Positions 19,581-29,421 of a DNA stretch of 38,225 nt are shown here, in pieces. Location: the sequence record SRR31156797_1185; one strand, 5' to 3'. Both the position numbers and the translations under genes were made by a program. Below the pieces are notes generated by a model, which saw nothing but the letters and a program-made list of their open reading frames with translations, was not told the origin of the DNA and did no database searches. The stretch's first letter is position 1. The number at the start of each line of letters is the position of its first letter.

Positions 19581-19850
19581 ATGCTTAAAATAAACTCACT
19601 TGTGAAAGTTAATAAAATAATCAGAGATGACGGAACCTGCGCTGGGTGCAGCAGAGGCGAAGAGATCGCTTTTGTCGGACTTCAGGGGTTTATCTGTGAC
19701 ATACAGGATTTTCTTTTTGAGCCTGTTTATGTTGTTCATTTTATGGAGAGCAATAGACGTATAGGCTTCAGAGAGAAGGAGCTTGATCTTCTCGAAGATT
19801 TCGACGAAGAGACAGAGACCTGGGTGAAAGTCGCACCTTCCGTATCGTAA
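19581..19850 (+). CDS. nifZ: Nitrogen fixation protein NifZ
   Basis: IRDDGT..G..RGE, G.I.DI..FL..VY.VHF, IG.R.KEL pattern. Confidence 0.82.
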   Translation: MLKINSLVKVNKIIRDDGTCAGCSRGEEIAFVGLQGFICDIQDFLFEPVYVVHFMESNRRIGFREKELDLLEDFDEETETWVKVAPSVS

Positions 19851-19930
19851 GTTAATTTGCTGGAATGCCTTGTAATTAGTCATCATGCTGAGTGACGACG
19901 TAGGTAGGTAATTTAATTAATAAGGGTAAA

Positions 19931-20060
19931 AGATGCAGGATGCATCTCACGGAATGTGCTTGAGCTGACGTGTTAGCGAAAGTACGAATGGAGTGAAAGC
20001 GGAGCTTCAACTTGTTAATGCGTAGTGCGTGAGAAAATTTTTTAGGAGTAAAAATTTTCT
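19931..20060 (+). repeat. Intergenic array of GGA-loop hairpins, related to 30746-30834
   Basis: AGATGCA-GGA-TGCATCT, CAC-GGAAT-GTG, AAGC-GGA-GCTT; shared AAAATTTTTTAGGA...AAAATTTT tail. Confidence 0.55.
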
Positions 20061-20063
20061 TAA

Positions 20064-20882
20064 CTATAGGTAACCGTATGAGCTGTCGTATCTGCCGCCG
20101 AGGACGAGGTATTCTTTCTCTCCGGCAAATTTGACATTAGGTAGAATTTCAGAAAAGAACACTATTTTAGTGTAAGGGATATCAGATGAGAGGATGTAGT
20201 CTCCGAACTGGGAGGCTATGTCTCTGTCTGAGGTGAACGAAACAAGGGAGTTCTGCTCAATGCAGAGCTTTTTCTTTTCCAGCTCCTTTACCACAAGGTG
20301 CTCGGAGAGGTCGTTAACACCTCGAAATAGTTTAAGCTTAGGGAGACTTTCGCTGTAAAAAGTTTGAAGTATGACCTGCGTATATGTATAGAGGAGATCA
20401 AGCTGATGAAAGATCATATTTTTATTATGTCTCGCATCCATCTTCGCAACCATATACTCATAATATTCCTCAGAGTTTACGTCAGGGATTATCTCCTTAT
20501 GAAAAAATGGCGTAATGCCGAACCTGCTCTCGACCCATCCTTTCATTACAGCGCCCTCGATGCTGTTCGAGTCGAAGAGCCAACCTTTCAGAAGTCTGGT
20601 ATAGCTCCCCATTTTTTTCCCGTTATGCTTCTCGCTGAGGGAGAAGAGAGATTCCATAGAGCATGTAAATATATGAGCAGCCTCTTCGATATCGCTCGCT
20701 TTTTCGATCGCTTTGAATATGTCGCCGTAGTATTCCCATACGCCGCTAATGGTTATCGGGAGAACTTTTTGGTTGTATTCGTTGCTTACAAACATTCCGG
20801 TGGGGATGTTGATCAGGTTTGTGTAATGATAGAACCTTTTCAGGTCTTTCAGTTTACTGATACTGCTCTTTTTTATGCTCAT
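20064..20882 (-). CDS. draT: NAD+--dinitrogen-reductase ADP-ribosyltransferase DraT
   Basis: SY.RLLKGW.FDSNS.EGAV.KGWVESRFG, LFRG, SFTS, GEKEYLV.GG motifs; start moved to ATG 20882 (272 aa) to avoid overlap with draG. Confidence 0.93.
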   Translation of the reverse strand: MSIKKSSISKLKDLKRFYHYTNLINIPTGMFVSNEYNQKVLPITISGVWEYYGDIFKAIEKASDIEEAAHIFTCSMESLFSLSEKHNGKKMGSYTRLLKGWLFDSNSIEGAVMKGWVESRFGITPFFHKEIIPDVNSEEYYEYMVAKMDARHNKNMIFHQLDLLYTYTQVILQTFYSESLPKLKLFRGVNDLSEHLVVKELEKKKLCIEQNSLVSFTSDRDIASQFGDYILSSDIPYTKIVFFSEILPNVKFAGEKEYLVLGGRYDSSYGYL

Positions 20883-20918
20883 GTTAATGATAATGAAATA
20901 AGTTGAACGAGTTTGCAA

Positions 20919-21812
20919 ATGAAAAATGATATAGAGGATAAAGTTGTTGCTAGTTATGTTGGTCTTTCTGTCGGTGATGCCCTCGGTGCCACCACTGAAT
21001 TTATGACGCCAAGAGAGATTGCGGCGGACTACGGCGTGCATAACAAAATTATCGGAGGAGGCTGGCTGAGGCTTAAACCGGGTAAGGTAACAGACGATAC
21101 TGAGATGAGCCTGGCTCTCGGTAACAGCATTATTGAATCTGACGGGTTTAATGTAAATTCTGTCGGCGATCACTTCGTAACATGGATGCGCTCAAAGCCT
21201 GTTGATATAGGCTCTACAGTAAGGAAGGGCATCAGGGATTATATGCTGAAGGGGATAACCATACAGATGGAATCAGACATGGCTGCCGGTAACGGTGCGG
21301 CTATGCGTAACCTTCCCATCACCATATATTGTCTGAAAAGCTGGGATTACTTTGAGCAGATGACAAGGATTCAATCGCACCTTACACACAATAATAAAAA
21401 ATCTGACCTCATAACCTTATGTTTTGGAGAGATGACAAAGATCATGCTTGAAACAGGGGATAAGCTCAAGGCGCTTGACCTTGCTAACAGGCTTATCAGA
21501 GTTAATCCGAAATTTTCATACTCTAAATATAAGGGTGAGGCGTCGGGATATATTGTGGATACCTTTAAAACTGTTTTGCACCACTTCTCAGACAGCACTG
21601 ACTTTGAGGAGACTATTACCCGTGTGGTTAATCAGGGTGGTGACGCAGATACTAACGGGGCGATAGCGGGTATGTTGGCGGGTGCTTTATGGGGTATGGA
21701 CAGTATCCCTACGAAATGGACAAAGAGGATCGATCAACAAGTTATAAAAGACATAAAAGTTCAGACTAAGAAGCTTTTAGAGCTTCCTGTGAGGTATAAT
21801 GATGAAATTTGA
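20919..21812 (+). CDS. draG: ADP-ribosyl-[dinitrogen reductase] glycohydrolase DraG
   Basis: GDALGATTEF, GGGWLRLKPG.VTDDTEM, GNGAAMR, GGDADT motifs. Confidence 0.93.
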   Translation: MKNDIEDKVVASYVGLSVGDALGATTEFMTPREIAADYGVHNKIIGGGWLRLKPGKVTDDTEMSLALGNSIIESDGFNVNSVGDHFVTWMRSKPVDIGSTVRKGIRDYMLKGITIQMESDMAAGNGAAMRNLPITIYCLKSWDYFEQMTRIQSHLTHNNKKSDLITLCFGEMTKIMLETGDKLKALDLANRLIRVNPKFSYSKYKGEASGYIVDTFKTVLHHFSDSTDFEETITRVVNQGGDADTNGAIAGMLAGALWGMDSIPTKWTKRIDQQVIKDIKVQTKKLLELPVRYNDEI

Positions 21813-22248
21813 AACAGCGGATCTGACTGATTTTTACGGTAATTTTCCAGTGGTTATAACGACTAACGGCACTGTTAAGAAGGACGGCAAGGCTAATCTC
21901 GGGCGTGGAAACGCTAAAGAGGTGGGTAAAAGCTGTGACTGGCTCGGGGAAAAACTTGGTAAACTCATCACAGAGAAGGGTAACCATGTGCATCGTATCA
22001 GTGATAATCTTGTGAGCTTTCCTGTTGAGGAGACATGGACTTCACATGCGGAGATGAGGCTTGTTATCCGTTCCGCATATGAGCTTAGAGACCTGACTGA
22101 TGAGATGGAGTGGGACAGAGTTTACATGCCTCTTCCTGGCTGCGGCGGCGGTGGATTACGTCCTTCTGATGTGATATCCGTGCTCGCACCGATACTTGAT
22201 GACAGGTTCATTGTGCTTAATAAAGGCGAAGTTCCGGCACTCTTGTAG
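21799..22248 (+). CDS. Macrodomain (ADP-ribose-binding/processing) protein
   Basis: ITTN...LGRGNA, SFPV..W and PLPGCGGGGL Gly-rich loops; overlaps the draG stop. Confidence 0.75.
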   Translation: MMKFETADLTDFYGNFPVVITTNGTVKKDGKANLGRGNAKEVGKSCDWLGEKLGKLITEKGNHVHRISDNLVSFPVEETWTSHAEMRLVIRSAYELRDLTDEMEWDRVYMPLPGCGGGGLRPSDVISVLAPILDDRFIVLNKGEVPALL

Positions 22249-22254
22249 ATTAGG

Positions 22255-23571
22255 TTAGATACTTTTTGAGTCCATATGTCTTGCGAGAGCTTTACTTACA
22301 CGAGAGGTGATACTTTCGACAGTATCATTTTGTCGATAACAGCTAACTCCGTATGAGATGTATAAACCTTTTACCACTTGGAACTCATGGGATTCGATGA
22401 TGTTTTTCAATCTGGCAGACATTTTTTCTGCGTCTACTCTGATTATCTCAGGGCTGACAATCATAAATTCACTATCGTTCAGCCTTCCTACTGTATCTAC
22501 AACTCTGGCATTACTTTTAATCAAGCTGTAAAGTTCTTTGATCGCTTGCTCTTTTGCTTGGTTTCCATATGTCGCTTTAATCGTGTTGATACAATCGATT
22601 GATACTAGTGTTATAGAAAAGTCCCGCCCGTATCGTTCTGAATGCTGTATCATTTTTTCAATATTTGCCATGAAGTAATCTCTATTATCAGAACCTGCAA
22701 GCTCATAGGTTGTGGACTTTTTCTTCAGATCCGAATTACATAAAGAGATATCACTGTCGTATCTTCTGAGCATATTTCTTACTAGCTTTTCAAAAATTAA
22801 TGTTATTGAGAAAGCACAGCCAATAATTAAAACAGAAAAAATGTAAGTAAAATGTTTATGCTCTACATAAGTATCGTTAATGCTCTGCTTTTCATTATTG
22901 ATGTATGCTTCAAGGTTGTCGAGATTAAGCCCGGTTGCAATTATCCAGTTATAAGGTTCATACAGCTTTGCGTATGAAAGCTTTTTGATCATTTTGTCAG
23001 AGTTGATGCTCTTAAAATAATAGCTGAAAAAGAGCTCTCCGTAATTCTTTATTCCGTTTAGCTCCTCTTCGTAAGGTCTGTTACCTTTTATATCTGTAAG
23101 GTTAGTAGAGAGCATCATCCCTTCGGTGTGAGGAAGGTTAGGGTGGATAGCCCTGAATGCGTAGTTGTCGCCGCCCTCGAAGTTTATCACTTGATTTACC
23201 CATATGTACTCGTTGTTTTTACTAAGGCGTATATCTCTTATGAGCCCTTTGATTTTACTGATGTTTACTCCGTCTAGCTCTTGCTGAGTATACCCTTTCC
23301 CGTCTAGCTCCTGTCTTGTCTGTCTGCGCATGTGTTCGATCATGTATATAGTTCGTTCAATGGCAGACTTAAGAAACTGCTTCTTCTCTTCGAGAACCTT
23401 AGCCTCAAGCTGATCGAGGCTGCGCTTAAGCTCATAGTCCATGGTGTGTACATGTGCGGCTGTAATAGTTAATGAGAGTAGACATACTGGTAAGAGTACT
23501 CCTGTATAAAACATCAGACGGACTTTCTTGTTTGCGATATTGACCTTGTCTGAAAGTAACATTGTAAGCAC
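22255..23571 (-). CDS. Cache-domain membrane sensor with degenerate GGDEF domain
   Basis: TM-Cache-TM, then GGDEF-like fold with RLNDSEF; exact start uncertain (GTG 23571 or ATG 23562). Confidence 0.85.
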   Translation of the reverse strand: MLTMLLSDKVNIANKKVRLMFYTGVLLPVCLLSLTITAAHVHTMDYELKRSLDQLEAKVLEEKKQFLKSAIERTIYMIEHMRRQTRQELDGKGYTQQELDGVNISKIKGLIRDIRLSKNNEYIWVNQVINFEGGDNYAFRAIHPNLPHTEGMMLSTNLTDIKGNRPYEEELNGIKNYGELFFSYYFKSINSDKMIKKLSYAKLYEPYNWIIATGLNLDNLEAYINNEKQSINDTYVEHKHFTYIFSVLIIGCAFSITLIFEKLVRNMLRRYDSDISLCNSDLKKKSTTYELAGSDNRDYFMANIEKMIQHSERYGRDFSITLVSIDCINTIKATYGNQAKEQAIKELYSLIKSNARVVDTVGRLNDSEFMIVSPEIIRVDAEKMSARLKNIIESHEFQVVKGLYISYGVSCYRQNDTVESITSRVSKALARHMDSKSI

Positions 23572-23649
23572 CAGTATTCTAAGTGTGGATATAATTAATT
23601 ATAGATCGTACGTTAATCAATAACAACGCTATCTAGTTTATTTCGAACG

Positions 23650-23689
23650 AATGTAATGTTTGTTACATTACATTGTATCCTTCAAAACC
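23650..23689. promoter_or_regulatory. NifA UAS cluster upstream of nifH
   Basis: TGT-N10-ACA at 23652-23667 and 23657-23672; near-site TGT-N10-ACC at 23674-23689. Confidence 0.75.
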
Positions 23690-23734
23690 TTACACAAAAT
23701 TATGACAATCCTTATTTACCAATAGTTTAAAAAC

Positions 23735-23750
23735 TGGCACGGATATTGAT
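23735..23750 (+). promoter_or_regulatory. sigma54 promoter of nifH, -12 variant TTGA
   Basis: TGGCACGGATATTGAT. Confidence 0.8.
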
Positions 23751-23769
23751 ATATAGACTGCGAAGATAA

Positions 23770-24657
<888 letters not shown>

Positions 24658-24762
24658 GTAGCACCTAACTGCTTAATATAAGTTAATTCAATTTACTGCC
24701 CTGTAAATCTTTCCCTCGCTGGGGTGAGTAGGGGTAGTTCGCTAAATAAATGAGGTAATCAC

Positions 24763-26205
24763 ATGGCTGATAAGAATGTACATGAACATGGCGTCGAGGT
24801 AATGGAAGAAATCCTCGACGGATATAATGATAAAACGAAAAAAGATAGAAAGAAGAAACTGGATGTTGTTAAAGCTGATGACGTTAAATGCGGAATCAAC
24901 GCTAACAGAAAGATCCGCCCAGGTGTAATGTCTATGCGCGGTTGTGCATACGCTGGAGCGAAGGGTGTGGTTTTCGGTCCTATTAAGGATATGATCCACA
25001 TATCTCACGGTCCTGTCGGCTGCGGTCAGTATTCATGGGCTGCTAGACGTAACTTCGCAAATGGTACCGTTGGTGTTGATAACTATGTACCAATGCAGAT
25101 CACATCAGATTTTCAAGAGAAAGATATTGTATTTGGTGGAGATAAAAAACTTACTAACCTTATCGAAGAGGCTAACACACTTTTTCCACTTAATAAGGGT
25201 GTTTCAGTTCTTTCCGAGTGTCCTATCGGGCTTATCGGTGATGACATCGAGGCTGTTTCAAGAGCGACTTCTAAGTCTATCGAAAAACCTGTAATCCCTT
25301 GCCGTTGTGAAGGATTTAGAGGTGTTTCACAGTCCCTCGGTCACCACATTGCTAACGACTCACTCAGAGACTGGGTATATGAGAAAGACATCCAAGGTGC
25401 TGCTCTGGAAGGTACACCTTATGATGTAGCTCTCATCGGTGACTATAACATCGGTGGTGACGCCTGGTCTTCCCGTATGATCCTTGAGGACATGGGGCTT
25501 AACGTTGTGGCTCAGTCCACTGGTGACGCTTCTATCTCTGAGATAGCGAACACAGCAAAGGCTAAGCTTATCCTTATCCACTGCTACCGTTCAATGAACT
25601 ACATCTCAAGATACCTCGAAGAGAAACACGGTATCCCATGGGTAGAGTTTAACTTCTTCGGACCTACACAGGTTTTCAAATCTATGAGACTGATCGCTGA
25701 GAAATTCGACGACAGTATCAAAGAGAAGACTGAGAAGGTTATCAAAGAGAAGTACGAGCCTGAGTTTAAGAAGATCGTAGAGAAGTTCAAGCCTAGAATG
25801 GAAGGTAAAAACTGTATGCTCTTCGTAGGTGGACTCAGACCTCGTCACACAATCCCTGCTTTCCGTGACCTCGGTGTAGAGGTTGGAATCACAGGTTATG
25901 AATTCGCACACAATGACGACTACGCAAGAACTCTTGAGTATGTAGAAAACACTACATTCATCATCGACGACATGAACGAATACGAAATGGAAAAACTCGT
26001 AGAAAACTTCAAGCCTGACCTCGTAGGTTCCGGTATTAAAGAGAAGTATTCCACACAGAAATCCGGTATTCCGTTCCGTCAGATGCACTCTTGGGACTAC
26101 TCTGGTCCTTACCACGGGCTTGATGGCTTTGCAGTATTCGCAAGAGACATGGACATGGCTGTAAACGGTCCTGTTTGGAAAAAGCTTACACCACCATGGA
26201 AATAA
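24763..26205 (+). CDS. nifD: Mo-nitrogenase MoFe protein alpha chain
   Basis: RGCAYAG, GPVGC, SECP P-cluster Cys; HCYRS and [10 protein letters not shown] FeMoco ligands. Confidence 0.99.
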   Translation: MADKNVHEHGVEVMEEILDGYNDKTKKDRKKKLDVVKADDVKCGINANRKIRPGVMSMRGCAYAGAKGVVFGPIKDMIHISHGPVGCGQYSWAARRNFANGTVGVDNYVPMQITSDFQEKDIVFGGDKKLTNLIEEANTLFPLNKGVSVLSECPIGLIGDDIEAVSRATSKSIEKPVIPCRCEGFRGVSQSLGHHIANDSLRDWVYEKDIQGAALEGTPYDVALIGDYNIGGDAWSSRMILEDMGLNVVAQSTGDASISEIANTAKAKLILIHCYRSMNYISRYLEEKHGIPWVEFNFFGPTQVFKSMRLIAEKFDDSIKEKTEKVIKEKYEPEFKKIVEKFKPRMEGKNCMLFVGGLRPRHTIPAFRDLGVEVGITGYEFAHNDDYARTLEYVENTTFIIDDMNEYEMEKLVENFKPDLVGSGIKEKYSTQKSGIPFRQMHSWDYSGPYHGLDGFAVFARDMDMAVNGPVWKKLTPPWK

Positions 26206-26224
26206 TTTTAGGGAGTTAATAAAA

Positions 26225-27736
26225 ATGAGTGAAAAACTAAACATTAAAGATCATATAGACCTGTTCAAACGCGAAGACTATGTCGAGCTGTTTGAAAACA
26301 AAAAGAAATACGAAAACGCTGAGACTCAGGCTAAAGTGGATGAAATTCTCGAATGGACAAAGTCTGAGGAATACAAGAAGATCAACTTTGAGAGAAAAGA
26401 CCTTGTTGTAAACCCACTTAAATCCTGTCAGCCACTTGGCGGACTTTACGCTGCTATCGGTTTTGAGAAGACTATGCCTTTTGTACACGGTTCACAAGGT
26501 TGTGCCTCTTACTTCCGTTCACACTTTATGCGTCACTTCCGTGAGCCTTTCCCAACTTCATGCGATGCCATGACAGAGGACGCAGCGGTTTTCGGTGGAC
26601 ACAACGCACTTTACCTCGGTCTCCAGAACACTTACGAGCTGTTCAAACCTGAGATGATAGCAATTGTAACATCCTGCATGTCTGAGGTTATCGGTGACGA
26701 CCTTAACAACTTCGTTAAGAATGCTAAGGATGAAGACTATATTCCGAAAGATTTTCCTGTGACATTTGCTCACACACCATCATTTGTTGGCTCCCATGTT
26801 GTGGGTTACGATGCAATGATGAACGCTATCCTCACTCAGATGGGCGAGGTTAAAGAAGAGAAGACAGACAAGATCAACGTGATCATGGGATTTGATACAT
26901 ATATCGAAAACTTCAACGAAGTTAAGCGTATCTTCGACCTGTTCGGTGCTGAGCTTACACTTCTCTCCGATCCTACAGAAACACTTAATTCACCAACTGA
27001 TGGTAATTATCAGATGTATGCTGGCGGAACTCCACTCGCTGACATCAAGGATGCTCCTAACGCTAAAGGTGCTATCCTCATGCAGAAATACTCTCTTATT
27101 AAGACAAAAGAGACTCTCGAAGGTTGGGGGCAGGACGTTAAAGTTGTAAGCCCTTACGGTATAGAAGGTACTGACGAGCTTATAATGGCTATCTCAGAGC
27201 TTACTGGAAAGCCAGTTCCTGCTGAGCTTGAGAAAGAGCGTGGTCAGCTTCTTGATGCTATCGCTGACTCATACTACTGGGTACACGGTAAAACTTTTGG
27301 AATCAATGGTGACCCTGACTTCTCACTCGCACTTACAAAATTCGTAATGGAGCTTGGCGGTGAGCCGGTACACGTTCTCTGTACTAACGGTGGTAAACCT
27401 TGGGGTAAAGAGTGTACTGAGCTTCTTGAAAGTTCAGAGTATGGTGCAGGCGGAACAGCTTACCCACAGAAAGATATGTGGCACTACCGTTCACTCCTCT
27501 TCACTGAGCCTGTGGACTACATAATTGGTAACTCATACAGCAAATTCCTCGAGCGTGATACTGGTGTGCCTCTTGTGCGTATCGGTTTCCCACTTCAGGA
27601 CAGACACCACCTCCACAGATATCCGACACTCGGATACAAAGGTGGCGTACAGATGCTCACTTGGATAGTTAACGAAATCCTCGATGATATCGATGGCAAG
27701 ACTAAAGACGGTCCAAGTTACGATCTTCTGAGATAA
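26225..27736 (+). CDS. nifK: Mo-nitrogenase MoFe protein beta chain
   Basis: CQPLG, HGSQGC, TSCMSE, HTPSF, GFP..DRH. Confidence 0.99.
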   Translation: MSEKLNIKDHIDLFKREDYVELFENKKKYENAETQAKVDEILEWTKSEEYKKINFERKDLVVNPLKSCQPLGGLYAAIGFEKTMPFVHGSQGCASYFRSHFMRHFREPFPTSCDAMTEDAAVFGGHNALYLGLQNTYELFKPEMIAIVTSCMSEVIGDDLNNFVKNAKDEDYIPKDFPVTFAHTPSFVGSHVVGYDAMMNAILTQMGEVKEEKTDKINVIMGFDTYIENFNEVKRIFDLFGAELTLLSDPTETLNSPTDGNYQMYAGGTPLADIKDAPNAKGAILMQKYSLIKTKETLEGWGQDVKVVSPYGIEGTDELIMAISELTGKPVPAELEKERGQLLDAIADSYYWVHGKTFGINGDPDFSLALTKFVMELGGEPVHVLCTNGGKPWGKECTELLESSEYGAGGTAYPQKDMWHYRSLLFTEPVDYIIGNSYSKFLERDTGVPLVRIGFPLQDRHHLHRYPTLGYKGGVQMLTWIVNEILDDIDGKTKDGPSYDLLR

Positions 27737-27739
27737 TTA

Positions 27740-27937
27740 ATGAAGGTAACTTTAAATAATAAAGGGGGCGTATACTCGGTATACGTCCCTAAAAAAGACT
27801 TAGAGGAAGAAGTCGTTTCAATTGAGGGTACGGAGTATACCCTTGCAAACGGCTGGGTGCTTGATTTTGGTGAACTGGAAGCCGATATCGAACTACCGAA
27901 AACCATGAATGCAAAACTCGTAAGCAGAGGTGACTAG
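27740..27937 (+). CDS. nifT: NifT/FixU protein
   Basis: MKV...YVPKKDLEE.V and LANGW signature. Confidence 0.9.
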   Translation: MKVTLNNKGGVYSVYVPKKDLEEEVVSIEGTEYTLANGWVLDFGELEADIELPKTMNAKLVSRGD

Positions 27938-27972
27938 AGTCACAGTTAAACAAGAGATAATATAATGTAAAA

Positions 27973-28028
27973 CCTAGCTTTTTCGCCTCGTTACACTATT
28001 TAAGGTATAGCGATACGAAAGGGTTGGG
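27973..28028 (+). other. Long intercistronic RNA hairpin between nifT and nifE
   Basis: CCTAGCTTTTTCG/CGAAAGGGTTGGG plus TCGTTA/TAGCGA stems; G-U pairs work on the + strand. Confidence 0.65.
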
Positions 28029-28056
28029 CTAAGTGAAGTTTCAATGGGAGTTGTAT

Positions 28057-29421
28057 ATGAAACTTAGTCTACAGACACTGATTAACGAGCCGGGTTGCGA
28101 CCACAATCAGGCTAAGACAGATAAACAGAAGAAAGACGCATGTAAGAAACCGACCCCAGGTGCTACAGCAGGCGGATGCGCTTTTGACGGCGCACAGATC
28201 GTTCTGCTCCCTGTGGCTGACGCCGCACACCTTATCCACGGACCAATTACATGCTGCGGTCATAGCTATAACAACCGTGGCACCCGCTCCACTGTGGGCG
28301 ACATGCACAGCTACGGTTTCACAACAGACATATCAGAAATGGACATAATATTCGGCGCTGAAAAGAAGCTTGCCGAGTCCATCAAATACATCGCAGAAAA
28401 CTATAAACCGAAAGCAATATTTGTATATTCAACCTGTGTCACAGCCATGATAGGCGAAGACATCCATCAGGTTTGTAAAGAGACTTCCAGTGAGGTTGGG
28501 CTGCCTGTTGTTCCGGTCGACTCCCCCGGTTTTGCGGGCAGCAAAAACCTCGGTAATAAGTTCGCAGGTCATTCCATAGTCGAACATGTTGTTGGAAGCA
28601 TAGAACCGAAGTCAGTTCCTGAGAAATCGATCAACCTGATAGGGGAGTACAACATAGCCGGTGAGCTATGGCAGGTTGAGCCGATACTGAAAGACCTCGG
28701 GATAAACATTCTTTCACGTATGACAGGTAACGCCACTTACGAAGAGATGGCATACGCTGACAAGGCTCACGCTTCTGTTGTCATATGCAGCCGTGCGCTC
28801 ATATCAATAGCACGTCAGCTTGAAGAGAAGTACAGCATCCCTTATGCAGAGGGGTCATTTTACAGTATGAAGCAGACGAAAGAGACTCTTTTGAGCATCG
28901 CAAAAATGCTGAAAAGTGATGAACTGAAAGGTAAAATCGAAGAATACACCGCTAAGAAAGAAGCGGAGACATATGAAAGGCTTAAACCTTATCTCCCTAT
29001 TCTAAAAGGTAAAAAAGTTCTTGTTTATACAGGCGGAGTTAAAAGCTGGTCTGTTTTACATCAGCTCGAAGAGCTCGGGATGGAAGTTATCAAATCGAGT
29101 ACAAGAAAATCCACAGAAGAGGATATCGAGAGGATTCTCGATCACTTTGAAGGTAATAAAGAAGGACTTCTTCCGAAAGCAACAGGTAAAAGCCTGCTTG
29201 CACTTATGAAAGAGCAGGGCGGAGACCTTTTCCTCGCCGGCGGACGTAATATGTATAACGCTATGAAAGGACAGGTTCCATTTCTCGATGTCAATCAGGA
29301 GCGTCTTTTCGCTTACGCAGGTTACGACGGAATGGTAGAGCTTGCGAAAAATATGGCACATTCACTTGAATCGCCCGTTTTTGAAATAGCTCATAGCAAA
29401 GCTCCGTGGGAGGTGATCTGA
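28057..29421 (+). CDS. nifE: FeMo-cofactor scaffold NifE
   Basis: GGCAFDGA, HGP..C, STCV, GEYNIAGE, YTGGVKSWS; ATG 28057 after GGGAG. Confidence 0.97.
   Translation: MKLSLQTLINEPGCDHNQAKTDKQKKDACKKPTPGATAGGCAFDGAQIVLLPVADAAHLIHGPITCCGHSYNNRGTRSTVGDMHSYGFTTDISEMDIIFGAEKKLAESIKYIAENYKPKAIFVYSTCVTAMIGEDIHQVCKETSSEVGLPVVPVDSPGFAGSKNLGNKFAGHSIVEHVVGSIEPKSVPEKSINLIGEYNIAGELWQVEPILKDLGINILSRMTGNATYEEMAYADKAHASVVICSRALISIARQLEEKYSIPYAEGSFYSMKQTKETLLSIAKMLKSDELKGKIEEYTAKKEAETYERLKPYLPILKGKKVLVYTGGVKSWSVLHQLEELGMEVIKSSTRKSTEEDIERILDHFEGNKEGLLPKATGKSLLALMKEQGGDLFLAGGRNMYNAMKGQVPFLDVNQERLFAYAGYDGMVELAKNMAHSLESPVFEIAHSKAPWEVI

Noticed and set aside
20364-20906. 180-aa plus-strand ORF and other shadow ORFs (e.g. 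25606-26244, 35741-36190, 10774-11208)
   Set aside because: Antisense or frame shadows of well-supported genes, with no motifs
20883-21173. 97-aa N-terminal extension of DraT in the ORF track
   Set aside because: It lies antisense over draG; DraT-like sequence and typical length start at Met98 (20882)
24763-27736. Alternative (V or Fe-only) nitrogenase
   Set aside because: No vnfG/anfG between D and K; Mo-type HCYRS and HSWDYSGPY motifs
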